A stretch of DNA of 64,000 nt from assembly GCA_965287045.1 (NCBI GenBank), contig OZ336886.1:23560001-23624000 (forward strand), in the 5' to 3' direction. Positions 14,629-27,182 of the stretch are shown here, one piece after another. Position numbers and translations under genes: made by a program. Below the pieces are notes generated by a model. The model worked only from the letters and a program-made list of their open reading frames with translations, ran no database searches and was not told the DNA's origin. The stretch's first letter is position 1. Each line of letters starts with the position of its first letter. This stretch comes from Carcharhinus amblyrhynchos. Its lineage: Eukaryota.

Positions 14629-14827
14629 GGCCTCAGACAGAGGATATAACAGCACACACAGTTTATATGCTCTGTCTGAGGCCGGAACTCTCCATTTACC
14701 TGACGAAGGGGCAAACCCCAAAAGTTTGAGTTTACTATCAAATAAATTGGTTGGACTTTAACCTGGTGTTGTAAGACTTCTTACTGTGTTTACCCCAGTC
14801 CAACGCCAGCATCTCCACATCATGGCT
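14629..14827 (+). mobile_element. Penelope-like terminal-repeat fragment (family A) with 5' hairpin and degenerate hammerhead
   Basis: Shares cctgaNgaaggggc...aataaa..gttggacttta.cctggtgttg.gagacttcttac...cagtccaacgccagcatctccacat with 30294-30384, 32623-32740 and 39238-39356. Confidence 0.7.
14696..14730 (+). ncRNA. Degenerate minimal hammerhead ribozyme
   Basis: CTGACGA (14700-06), A, stem II GGGG-caaa-CCCC, then AAAA in place of GAAA; probably inactive. Confidence 0.5.
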
Positions 14828-14849
14828 GAATCATATAGTCATAGATACA

Positions 14850-16300
14850 GCAAATCAGTTTGAGTGCATTAGAATAGACCACCTCTGTTCAAATGGTCGA
14901 ATGCCTTTATTAATCTCAACAAGACAACGTTTAAAGTGGTCCCTTTTGTTCATCACATTTCTCTTGCAATTAATGGACCAAGAGGATGTCAATTGTAGAT
15001 CTCGTAGTTCTGAAACCACACTGGGATTATCAGTCAAGATGCGCAGTCTGACAAGGATGATGTAGGCAATACTTTTCTCACAATGCAGGGAGGTGTCTCG
15101 ATAGCTGTTGCAATCGTTGCTGTCTGTACAGGGTCACAATCTATACATCACGTATAATTTGGGCACTACTCCCCCCTTCTACTAGAGGCTGAAAAATTTG
15201 TGGGGATGCTGCAGGAATTCTGGTTTCCATGCTGATGAGTTCATGTGGTAAAGCATCATCCTTTGGAGCTTTGCCCATGGCAAGTCAGTCAATAGCTTTT
15301 CTGATCTCCTCCACAGAGAATTTGATATCCAGCTTCGCCATGACAAGGCAGGTTCCTATCATGTCAAGAGTTTCTTCAGTGACCATGTTCAGCATAGAAT
15401 ACCCATCAAGATAGTGTCCCACCCATCTCTCAAACTATTATTGCAGCTGGTGATGAACTCCACTACTTTCCGTTTTCAGTGAAGCCTTTTTCTTGGCTGA
15501 AGGCCTGTTGCCTTTATAATCCTTTCATTAATGCCCAGGCATTCACTATGTCAAAGGACATCTGCATATTCTGGCAGTAGTCATTGGCACACTGCCTAGG
15601 TATTTGTTTGACTTAACTTTGAGTGCCTTTTGGTACATTCAGAGTTTCCTCACTCATATCTCTCTTGTAACTAATGAGAGGGGACTGTTTGGCTTCAATA
15701 ATCGTGATGTTAGCCTCGAACCAGTCAACATTTTTCCAGTCTTGCTTCCCTTGTGTTAAGAGTGCAGTATTGCAGATGGTACTTTATAAAATTATTCATT
15801 TCAGTTCTACACTCTGAACGAATGCCAGATATGCCTATTCAATAGACTTGCTGAACTGTCAGTTTATATCAGGTGAACATCATTGGTTGATATGAAAATG
15901 GCATTTTTGCTTTAAATGAAAAAACTTTGAGGGTTGCATCTAACCCTGGTGCGCAGCAGGAGGTTATCTGTATCACAGTCAGCGCTGTGGCAGCTGCATG
16001 TGTTGAGAATGCTGTTCAAAGAGTTGTGTTTGGTGATGATCAGATTCAGTTGTTGGCAATGCTTTTATCTTGGATACCTCCAGGACAATTTGCAGCATGC
16101 TCCAAAGGTTGTTAGTGACACAAAGCTCACGGTAGCCACAAAGCTCAAGTAATCTTTGTCCGTTCTAGTTTTTCTTTCTCAGACCATGGCACCTAAGGCA
16201 GGAGGGGCATGTCTCAGCTCCCATGCTGACTCTTGCATTGAAATCCCTAGCAGGTAAGAATGTTCTGACTTAGGGATTCTGGTGTTTTGCCTCTGCAGTG
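14850..16300 (-). mobile_element. RTE-clade LINE remnant (APE endonuclease and RT start)
   Basis: Minus-strand fragments YPR*KHCQQLNLIIT (cf. HPRSKHWHQLDLII), KAID*LAMGKAP and IVTLY; many stops. Confidence 0.65.
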
Positions 16301-17649
16301 GAGCCCAGCGTTTGAGCATAGTATCTCACAATTGGGCCTGTTTGAGTCGAGAAGCAAATGCAGAGAACATGTCCTGGGCTATCATTGGGAGCAGCAATTT
16401 CCTTACAGTGGTCCAAACCTTGGACCTGTGTTTCCTCTGAAGACTACCCCCGCCAGATTTTGTTTTTATTCATTTAAGGGATGCAGTCGTTGATGGCTGG
16501 ACCAGCATTTATTATTGTGCAGAAGTTGCTGGAAAGATGACACATTGGTAATGAAGTGGGTTGCACTTTTGGCACCACCTCCAAGTAGGCCAACCTCATC
16601 AAGTTCACGAATCAGCATGGTTTTAACTATATAGTTTGGTTGGTATAAACTATATATTGCAGCCAGAGATGGGTTTGCTCAGCCAGACGTTTTGTGGATA
16701 TAACTTATTAATGGAAGCTTCACGATTGTACACAGTGAAGCTGAACAGATTCCCGTTCATCTTTAAGCCGCTGTCACTGCCTGGTTGATGAACAGCTCAG
16801 ATGTGGTTATTATTCCCAACAGCTGAATCTTGTTGAAAATAATTTGCTAGTAGAAGTTGGTGAGAAATATTCCTCCTATTATAAATATTATGCAAGTATC
16901 ACGCTTTCTTAGCAGTTGTTTACTGTGTTCTCTCAACACCAAAGATAGCAAACGATTTGCCCTCCAAATACCCAATTCTGTCCACAACCTTCTGTTCTGG
17001 CTGCCACTTGTGTATCGGATGAAAATGTGATGACAACACGCAACAAGGAGCAATGATATGACATTACCAGTCACGTTTCTGGTCCTTTGCAGCTTTATTT
17101 TTCTGCTCTTGTGGCAAATGACTCCCTTATTCAAATGGGAATAGGTAATTGATACAGCCTGATTGTGAAAACAGACTCAACTGTTTTCCACCTATTCCTT
17201 TCATTTGAAACAGCCGAAAATTCAGTGCAGGAAAGCACAAAAGTTGAAACTAATCAGAAAACAAGTGATACAAATTCCAGGAACAATTAACTAGTATTTG
17301 ATTTAAAAGTTCTGGATAGCGTTTGCATTAAAGACTTGCATCAAAAATCACTACTTCTGTGTACAGCTGTATCATGATCATGCTATTTTGAGCTTATTTC
17401 AAACTATTACCTCTGGAAAATTGATGCACTTAATGCAAAACAAAAGTTCCCTGTCCTTTTGGGCACTTGAGTGCTTCCTTTTACCAAAAACATCTGGATT
17501 AATTTATCTAATGTATCTCACATTTTCATTAAACCAGGGTGGGATGGTATTTACAGAGTACCTTATCAAATCCTCAGGGAGTTAACAAGGAAAATACTTT
17601 TGAAGAGTAGTCAGTGTCATTATGGAGGTAGACAATCTACACTTAACAA

Positions 17650-17940
17650 ATATCTCACTAAACAGCAAATGAATGAATAACCAGATAAACTATTTTTGAC
17701 AGCCTGCATTGAATGAGAAATGTTTGCCAGGACACTCACGAGAATGATGCATTATTCTTCTTCAAATAGTACCAAGGAGTCTTTTATGCCACCTGAGGAA
17801 GCAAATAGGATCTTGTCCAAGAACAGCACCCCTAACAATGCAGCACTCCTGCAGCATCACACTGATGAGTCAGCCTAGATTATTGTTGAAATTTTAATTG
17901 GGCTGGAACCCACAGACTTCTAATTTCAAGGACAGACTGC
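17650..17940 (-). mobile_element. DeuSINE (SacSINE1-like)
   Basis: cagcacccctaacaatgcagcactcctgcagcatcacactgatgagtcagcctagatta...ggaacccaca; Deu domain plus reversed tRNA B-box. Confidence 0.6.
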
Positions 17941-18004
17941 TAACTGCTTACATAACCAGTGTTTAAAAACCTGTCATGTGCTTTGCAATACTAAATATGA
18001 CCAG

Positions 18005-18110
18005 AAATATAAATAGAAAATGCTGGAAAAACTCAGCAGATCTGGCAGCATCTGTGGAGAGAGAAACAGAGTTATTGTTTTCAGCCCGTATGAGTCTTAG
18101 CACAGAAACG
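18005..18110 (-). mobile_element. Penelope-like terminal-repeat fragment (family B)
   Basis: aaatgctggaaaaactcagcagatctggcagcatctgtggagagagaaacagagtta; homologous to 32334-32403 and 40777-40860. Confidence 0.65.
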
Positions 18111-20297
18111 TCCTGATATTCAGACTTGTATATAGCTGTCAGGTCTAAATTGCAACTTTCCAAACAACAGTATTTCAATTGTCACAGTTATACAGAGGGT
18201 ATTAGTTTCAAATAGTAGCAACGTGTTGCTCAAATGCAGAACAAGTGATAATCTGATATGCTGAAGATTTGTTTTGGAGCACTTCCAACTGATCAGGAGT
18301 GCTGATCGGGGTCAAATTTAAGTGGTCATTAACATCAGTTGGGCAGCAATTAAACTAGGCGAGACCCATCAGCAATTGGAAACGAGGGAGGAGCACAGAC
18401 ACGGCAGTCTGATTTTTTTTTGCTGCTTTCCGATCAATCTTCATGGTGATAAGTCAAGATGCTGATCAGGAGTGCTTTATCTTGGAACAGAGAACCAACG
18501 TTGGTCAATGATTTTTGACATGCAGGGCAAAAAAAATAAAATTATCAACAGATTGCCTCTTCAATATCTCTAGAATCTGAAGCGTTTCAAGGAAGCAATT
18601 ACCTATTAACAGTTATTTTTGTGGCTAGCCTTTATGCTCTTTCTGTCAAATTCTTCAAATTTAAGACCTCACTCTTCCACCATGTAAAAACAAGAATTGA
18701 AGCAGAATACATGACCTAAACAGAACATTTCTCCCAAGTTATTTCATAGCTGCTACCAACTCATTAAGCCCTGGTAGAAATGTGAATATTCGATCATAGC
18801 ATTCTGTAGCAGATTATTGCATGTGAATTATCATTCTATGTTGGATCTAAATACTAAAATTAAAATGTTTTTACAGAAAACCTAAAACAAGCATAATTGT
18901 ACAAAGAGAACCCAATGGTTCTAAGTATTTGTTTCTCCTCTTCAGTATGTTTGATGATGTCTCAACGCCAAACACCGTAGTTAAACAGTATTACAAATAG
19001 GAAAGCAAATCAAAATCAGTTTAGTTAACACACCAAGATGTTTGTGTTTAATTTACTAAGAATGGAAGAAAAAACTGACAATTCACTGAATGGACTTTCA
19101 TCTAAGCCTCCACTCACAATAATGTCACAAAGATTAGGGTCACTTTAATAATTCCCCATTTTCACATTGTTAAAATACAAATAAGTACAATTATAAGCAA
19201 GCATACACAGTCAAGAAATCAGAATTAGACTTTATTTTTGTCAGTGCTGCTCAATTAAAATATCAAATTTAAAAACACAATCAGCTGACTTATGTAATTT
19301 TTTATGGTAATCTATAAAAAAAACTTGTGCTTAATAGCCTTTTAATATAACAATGCAGATGCTAATAAAGGAAAACTCAATGCTACAGTTACTATTGCAT
19401 AAATAATATATAGCTTGCACTTTTAGTGATACAAAAGTGGCAGTACATTCGTGAGTTATATTTTGAAGGGCATTTGGCATTGCTGGGAATTTGCACTGGA
19501 TAGAAGACTTACACCAAGAACTGGAGCTAAAAATGCATTTAGATAGTTTGTGGGATCTCCTGGGCACTTTGAAACTTTGAATATTATGATACACTGAACA
19601 GGTCTCTGTACACTATTCTCACATTAAAATGAAGGTCTGCATCTGCATCCAAGCATGCATAGTGCAGAGTATAATTTGGGTCTTGACAGGTGTATTTCAA
19701 ACATGACAGTTACCAGTCTGAATCATACAGCAGCCTTCAATTTAAAAAAAAATCCAGTCATTTTTCTCCTTCTACAGCCAGGTTATCTCATCTGAGTGAG
19801 AGTGGGCTATTTGCGGCATGAATGAAATAATTAGTCCCACTTGTCTGCTTGCACTTTAAAGCACATCAAAGATTTATCTGGTTGCTTCAATCTTTACAGT
19901 TTTGGCACGTGACTGACTGCAAAACTGGGCTTTGAAGCTGGGGGTTTCTAATTCAGTTCAAAAAGGCACTGTATCAGTGTTGTGTTCCAATATAATCTCC
20001 TATATCCCACCGGGGTATTTTACCATTGTCATTTGGTTCACAGCAATTCTAAGTGATGCTAAATCATCTATTTGCGAATTTGTCCTTTGCTATCCCTTTA
20101 GGAAAAGGAGGCTCCACACTACTAATGGCACATTACTATTGTAATATCATCTCACATTCATAGAACTTCACCGATAGGCCACATATATCTCTAAATGTTG
20201 GTGATAAATAATCATAAGTAATGGTCAAAGGATCATAAGTAATGGTCATATGTGTATTATTCTTTGTCATTGTATTCCAAAGGTTGGGGAAAATATT

Positions 20298-20770
20298 TTG
20301 ATTTATTATTGTCACATATTGTTTCTTCTGCTCTGTATAACAAAACATGCCATTCATAGAATACATAGAGGAGAAGAAGAGATGAGGGTTCAGAATGTGG
20401 TGTTACAGTCATAGCTATGGTGAAGAGAAAGATCAATCTAAATAAGGTGGATCCATTCAAAAGTCTGATGGCAGCAGAGAAGAAGCTGTTCTTGAGTCGG
20501 TTGGTACGTGATCTCAGACTTCTGTATCTTTTTCCCAACAGAAGGTGGCGAAAAAGAGAACGTCTGGGGGCATGGCGTCCTTGATTATGCTGGTTGCTTT
20601 TCCAAGACAGATGGATGTGTAGACAGAGTCAATGAATAGAAGGCTGATACGCGTGATGGACTCGGCTATGTCCACAGCCCTTTATAGTTTCTTCCGGTCT
20701 TGGTCAGAACAGAGGCTATGTGATACCAAGCTGTGACACATCTGGAAAGGATGCTTTCTGTGGTTATCTA
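20298..20770 (-). mobile_element. Rex1/Babar-like LINE 3' fragment
   Basis: ORF 20257-20538 reads GKRYRSLRSRTNRLKNSFFSAAIRLLN, the typical Rex1 ORF C-terminus. Confidence 0.8.
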
Positions 20771-21375
20771 GGAAGTGTGAATTAATTAATGCCTTCACCT
20801 TTTGCAGCAGTTTAATCTTTACCCCCAAATGCATAATGCAAACTTTTATCTTGCTCTCAAACTAAGAAGAACTTTGTGATTTTACATAGTGAAAGCAAAC
20901 ACTTGAAACAGTAATGAGTAGAATAAAAATCACCAAACAGTCCAAACTGATAAGTTTAAAAAAAACACAAATGATCAGGAAAAGGAGTGATAAGTACATA
21001 GAAATGTGTCTTGATTAAAAGATGTTCAAAAACATAAAATGCATTGGCAATTACTCAAATAAAACATCCAGAGCAAAATTGTTAATGCGATCGGAAAGAA
21101 CGTGTTTACAGTTTAAGGAGGGTGAGCAGGAACAGTTTTCAGACCCCTATTTGTTTCAACTCTCTGCTCTCACAGAGTAAGACATTGTATAGCTATGAGG
21201 TGGTTAAAGCAACAACATGACTCTGGAAATTATGAAGTGAACATTCTGTACTTATATACCAATGCAGGATTAGTTATGTACTCTACTTTAGGAGACACTA
21301 AAATAATCAATTTCAATAGGATCATAACAGCTGGAAAATGAAAACTAGTTTATAGCAAATGCATCTGCAGAACCT

Positions 21376-21413
21376 TGATGATGTAGATGATGATGATGAT
21401 GATGATAATAATA
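21376..21413 (+). repeat. (GAT)n/(AAT)n microsatellite
   Basis: tgatgatgtagatgatgatgatgatgatgataataata. Confidence 0.85.
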
Positions 21414-21559
21414 TGTCCCCTCTGGGACTCTCTAGTCACCTTGAAAAGAAAATCTATCCTTAGCTAACAATAAATGTAACCAGCCTCTATTTAATTCATT
21501 CAAACCTGCTACAAAAATATAACATTTTGAACACATAATCAGGCATTCTCACAACCTGT

Positions 21560-23170
21560 TATGTCTCTTCTTCACCAATATAGAAAATTAAAGCTGATTT
21601 ATAACATCCCCTTTATTAAAGTGATGTCTGTTAATGACTTTACTAACCTATAGCTTTGCTAAGCTTCCTATGCCAAATTGGACAACAGCACTGAGTTGCC
21701 CTAGGCAAGGGTACATTTATGGCCAGAAGCAATATCAGGTCTGATTTTTGTGTCCTCCCCTTGGACCCTCTGGACCCAGAGGATTTTAACTTGCTGGGAT
21801 CATACTACTTTGAGGCATATATGCCCTTGGGCTGTTCAATTTCTTCCTCAGCTTTTGAGGCATTTTGAAACATCTTTGAATGGGGAATCCAAGAGAGGTC
21901 AAGTATTTATTTTAATTAGTCTTTACCTGGACAATTTCCCATTCACTCATGATGATTCAATCATAAACAGCACTTAATGATCTTGCTTTTACATCTTCCA
22001 CAGCAAACTACAAGGCCCAAGTAACAAGTTAAACTGCACCGGGATAAAACTTGTTCTCGCAATGTCAAAACAACAAAACAAATGATCTATCCCATCTATT
22101 TTCAAGTCAAAAGTGGAGTCAATGAGCTACAGAGTCACTGACTGGCATGTTGGCTCCCCAATCTTGTTCCCCTACTGACTTTTTTAGCATAAATGGATTT
22201 GGGGCTGGTGCAGCTACCTGCCCTCTATGGCAGGTAGCCAATTAGGCTCATTGAGACTCTTGCTCAGGTTAATTTTATATTGACCTCCTGTATCCTGCAC
22301 TGGCGAGCACCAATTTAGGTAGGCACCCAGTTGTAGGCTTAGAGGTATTTGCTTCCTGTGTATCTGGGTGTAGGTACAATCCCTGCAGAGGGACTTCTTA
22401 CCATTGTCGTGGCCACCCTGCTATATATATTTTGAAGTAAACTTAAATAAGCTGATGAGAGTAAGCCTCTACGTTGAAGTGTTTTCTCAGTTACTTACCT
22501 TCATTTAGAGGTTGCTGCTCCTTTCAAGCTAGAAGGCATCTGATTGGTCCTCCTGCTTTGAGACCCTGCCTGTCATCCTCAATTGGAGGGAGGACGTGCC
22601 CCCACCCGAACTGAGGAGGCATCCCAGTCAAAATCCAGAATGAGTGACTGCTTCCACTTGAGGGTGGTTCCGGGATCTGCAAACTGTCCCATCTCCTGTT
22701 TCCTTTGAGGTGGGTGGGGGCGGGCGGTGGTGTGCAGAGGGGCGGGGTGGAATCCAGCTCAGGGCCATTTCCAGTTTCTTACTGGTTGCCAAAGTTTGGC
22801 AGGGTAAGTGATCCAGGTGCCATCTACGAGTTAAGTTTATTTCTGCCAATTTTACCGAAGAAATTAAAACAATCTGCATTTACTTCATGTGGCAGTACAG
22901 CAGGCATCTAAACAGGATAATTGGAAGTAACAATCCAGAGCTTAGCTGCAACATCGTCAAAAGTTTGCGTTTCATTGAATTCTTCCAAAGTGGCACTGAC
23001 AAGTGGATCGCAATGCCGAGTCAATACCATGATCTCATTAGACTGTATCAGCATGAAGACTTGGTGATATGTTGCCCATAATTGGATCATTCTGCTGTAG
23101 GAAACAATTACTTTTAGGAATGATAATCTAGCTGCAGCCGAGATCCTCAACAGGAAGTCCTGAAAATTAT
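21560..23170 (+). mobile_element. Ngaro/DIRS-type tyrosine-recombinase retrotransposon RT-RNase H remnant, with an internal insertion at ~22150-22850
   Basis: Manual translation: SVNDF; ASYAKLD; from 21701 LGKGTFMARSNIRSDFCVLPLDPLDPEDFNLLGSYYFEAYMPLGCSISSSAFEAF; YLDNF (21924); LQGPSNKLNCTGI; RNase H-like TITFRNDNLAAAEILNRKS (~23105-23160). Confidence 0.7.
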
Positions 23171-23627
23171 GATAATTTAGGGCTCGAGTTAATCATATTG
23201 AAGTTGAACCTGTTCAGTGCTGCTCCTTAAGTGGAGCAGGAGTGCTAGCATTGTTGAAACACTGGAGAAAATGTAACACTAATTGACCAATAACAGCATT
23301 AGAACATTAAGGTGACAAGACACAAAAAAATCCTCAAAATAGTTCAGTAAGATTAGGACCAAAAGAAACCAAGGCCACTTATAAAGAACTGTTTTTTTAT
23401 TTTTCTACACATTGGGAAATTTCTCTGTATGCACACTGCTCCACAACTTGGCCATCACCAGCAACATTGTTAACACGCCTCACTTTCTTCTCTCTACACA
23501 TGGAGCTCTAAACCAGAAAATACAAATTGTGATCATAATGAAGGAATACAATTTTTATCTGTGTTTTGTTTGCTGCTACAAAGAGATTTGCATATTGCCA
23601 TTGTCAAAATGCTACTTTAAAAAAAAT

Positions 23628-23945
23628 CTTATTTATTGTTTCAAGGGACGTGGATGTCACTGGAACGGCCAATCATTCTTGCCCATCCTTAATTGCCCTT
23701 GGACTGAGTGGCTTGCTAGGCCTTCTGGGAGGGCTGTTAAGAGTCAACCAGATTTCTGTGGATCTGGAGTCACATGTAGGCCAGACTAGGTAAGGGTGGC
23801 AGATTTCCTTCCCTAAAGGACATTAGTGAACCAGATGGGTTTTTACAACAATTGATGAGTTTCATGATCATCACTAATGAGATGAGGTTTCAATTCCAGA
23901 TTTTTTAATCTTTCAGCTGCCATGGTGGGATTTGACATTAGCACT
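23628..23945 (-). mobile_element. tRNA-headed SINE with LINE-like tail
   Basis: Reversed B-box (ctgccatggtgggatttga) and tail ttgcccatccttaattgccctt; related tails at ~16463-16515 and ~57511-57590. Confidence 0.6.
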
Positions 23946-25161
23946 ACATCTCCAAGTCCCTCAAATCTAATTTCAGATGGATTTGCTTCTATTACCAATT
24001 TCTTTACTCAAGAAATAAAGATGACAGATGAATAACATTAAAAAAGCAAGATTATTCTGGTGTATTACATGTGAATACTAAAAGCATGAACTAATTTTAT
24101 TCAGCATTATCTATAATAAATACAAATATATATACATATAAAATTATAAAATATTCCATTTGATGAATTAAGAATTAGGCCAGTTGAGTTGTTCACAACT
24201 TTTTTGTTCTTTTCTCTGTCCTGTTTAATAATAATCTGTGTCTAAGTGGTGAAGCTGCAGCTGGGAAATTATTTATCAAATCACATCAAAATACATCTGA
24301 TTAGCTTTAAAGCTGTTCTGCTGAAACGGGTTGCAAAATAACATCCTTCTTTTACTCCAAAACAAATCCTAACCAAAAATATACTTAGAGTCAACTACTT
24401 CAAGTGATTTGCTTGATCATATCAGAGGTAGATTGTCCTCAGCATTCTACGAAAAGCTCAGTTCTCAGATCCAGCAGAAGGAAAATGTCACAGCCTCCAA
24501 ATTACCAGGATCTTCTAAAATAGGTGTAACTATGTCTGCGCCTTAAGTAGCTAAATAAATATCTGAACAAAATAAAAGATGTTCCTGGAATTCTCCCACT
24601 GTCAGCACCTGAGAGACATCCAAATAAAGTAGTTGCATCAACATATCTGACATTGCAATTTGCTCAGGGACTCTCCACAGACTGGAGATTCCACAGCAGT
24701 CCTGGGATCAATGCAAAGAAGTAATTAAAAATTCAGCAATTTCCACCCCAAACATTATCTGCAGGCTATAAGAGCCTCAGGCTGCCTCTCTCCTTTTACT
24801 CCTCTTTTTAGCCCTCCTCCCAATTTGATTCAAAGTCCTAATAGATCAGGGACTATTTGCATAGCCTGTTTCTGTTGGGCGGCAGCTCAGGCTATGCGAG
24901 TTGTTTAAGTGAGGACATTGCAGAGCCCTGGTTTGCAGAAAGCGCAGTGCTTTTTTTTGAGTACAATTCAGTTGTTGCACACTGAGGAGGAACAGTAGTT
25001 CTGGAAGGACTGTATTTTTAAAAAAATACGTTGTGGTGTTGAATTTCCAGTGATTGCACTGGGTTCATACCTGATGCTGCCCTTCAGTAGAGCTTGTGAG
25101 TGGGGGGAAGTTATCTATGACTTCCTCCTGTCAACCCTCCTCCCTCATACTGTAAGAAGTT

Positions 25162-25478
25162 GGGCGGCACGGTGGCACAGTGGTTAGCACTGCTGTTTCA
25201 CAGCACCAGGGACCCGGGTTCGATTCCCGGCTTGGGTCACTGTGTGATGTTTGTACTTTCTCTCCATGCTTGTGTGGGTTTCCTCCAGGTTCTACAGTTC
25301 CCTCCCACAGTCCAAAGATGTGCGGGTAAGGTTGACTGACCATGCTAAATTGACCATTAGTGCCAGGGGGACTAGCAGGGTAAACGTGTGGGGTTACAGG
25401 AATAGGGCCTGGGTGGGATTGTGGTTGGTACAGACTTGATGGGTTGAATGGCCTCCTTCTGCACTGTCGGGATTCTGT
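25162..25478 (+). mobile_element. HE1-type V-SINE, well preserved
   Basis: gggcggcacggtggcacagtggttagcactgctg...gacccgggttcgattcccggc (intact A and B boxes). Confidence 0.92.
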
Positions 25479-25499
25479 GTAAAAAATGTCTTTAAATAA

Positions 25500-26910
25500 G
25501 GAATGGAACGAAAAAAAGATCTGACCCAAAACTAGGGTCCTAAATTTGAACAAAAGAAATTACGAAGGCATAAGGTGTGAGCTGGCTAAGATAAATTGGA
25601 GAACTTCATCAAAAAGCATGATAGTGGATAGGCAATGGCTAATATTTTCAGAACACATGTTTGTATTGTAAAACTTATACATTACTTTCTGATTTATATA
25701 AGTGATTACAGGTAATATCAGATCCAAAGAGGAGTCATAAAGTTGTGATAAAAAGTAGCAACCCGAGGATTGGAAGCAGTTCTAAATTCAGCAAAGGAGG
25801 CAAAAGATTGATTAGGAGGGGAAAAATAGAGTAACGTTTTAAAGTTTATTTATTAGTGTCACAAGTAGGCTTATATTAACACTGCAATGAAACTGCTATG
25901 AAAATCTCCTAGTTGTCACACTCCTGCCTGTTCGGGTACACCGAGGGAGTATTTATTATGACCAATGCACCTAACCAGCATGTCTTTCAGACTGTGGGAG
26001 GAAACTGGAGCACCTGGAAGAAACCCATGCAGACATGGGGAGAATGTGCAGAATTCACACAGACAGTAATCCAAGCTGGGAATCGAATCCAGGTCTCTGG
26101 CGCTTTAAGGCTGCAGGGTACCAATGAGATGACCATGGAAATAGTTAATGCGTTGTCATCTTCCAAAATTCTTTAGATTCTGGAACAGGTGGCAAATTTA
26201 ACTTCGCTATTTAAAAAAGGAAGGAGAAAGCTGGGAATTATGAACTGGTTAGCCTAACAATGGTAGTAGGGAAAACGCTAGAATCAATTATAACAGGTGC
26301 ATAACGGGATGTTTAGAAAATATCAATGGCATGAGACAAAGTCAACATGGATTTATTAAGGGAATTCATGCTTAACAAACCTACTGGAGTTTTTTGAGGA
26401 TGGAACTAGCAGAATAAATAAGGTGCAACCTGGGATATTTGATTTTCAGAAAGCTTTTGATGTAGTCCCACATAAGAGGTTACTTTGCAAAATTAAAGCC
26501 CATGGGATTGGGGGTAATATATTGACATGGATTGAAAATTGGTTACAGACAGGAAATGGGGAGTAAGAATAAAGGGGTCTTTTTCAAAGTGGCAGTCAGT
26601 GACTAGTGGAATCCCATAGGGCTAAGTGCTTGGGCCCCAACTATTCATGCTCTACATCAATGATTTAGATGAGGGAACCAAAAGTAATATTTCCAAGTTT
26701 TCTCACTATACAAAACTTGGTGGGAATGTGAGTGGTGAGGTGGATGTTAAATGGCTTCAAGATGATTTAGACAAATTGTGAGTGTGGCAAGTACATGGCT
26801 GTTGTGGCATAATATGGATAAATATGAAATCATCCACTTTGGCTAAAGAAACAGAAACACGGTATTATTTAAATAATGGTAGATTGGGAAATCTTAAGCA
26901 AACATTGACC
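25500..26910 (+). mobile_element. CR1 LINE ORF2 remnant interrupted by a SINE
   Basis: SQHGF..G.SCLTNLLEFFED, DFQKAFDVVPHKRLL and YINDLDEG motifs with frameshifts. Confidence 0.85.
25838..26112 (-). mobile_element. V-SINE variant with alternative (L2-like) 3' tail
   Basis: HE1 core (tttcagactgtgggaggaaactggagcacc) joined to tail aaagtttatttattagtgtcacaagtaggctta. Confidence 0.75.
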
Positions 26911-27182
26911 TTCTAAGTGCCCACCCGATTTACGACTAGTTCCTGGTCAGTCCTTCCATCAGGAACAGAAGAGTGGGTCAGAATCAGAAGGATAGCTGGT
27001 GGCTGAAAAGTGGAGTAACAGCCCAAGGGTTCTGAGGCCTGAAAATAATGCTGGATGGGGAATTGCCACGTTTTTAATTGTTTCCTTGGTTTGATCTTGT
27101 AATCCCAACAGGTCACAAAAAGGTTCTGCCAAATTTCTGCTGGAGGAACCACTGCCTCCATATCATGTGCAGCTTATGTAGC

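Noticed and set aside
20211-20248. 17-bp tandem duplication atcataagtaatggtca
   Set aside because: A simple slippage-type duplication with only two units; not a CRISPR-like array.
25162-25235. tRNA-like A/B boxes
   Set aside because: This is a SINE head, not a tRNA gene; no cloverleaf is supported.
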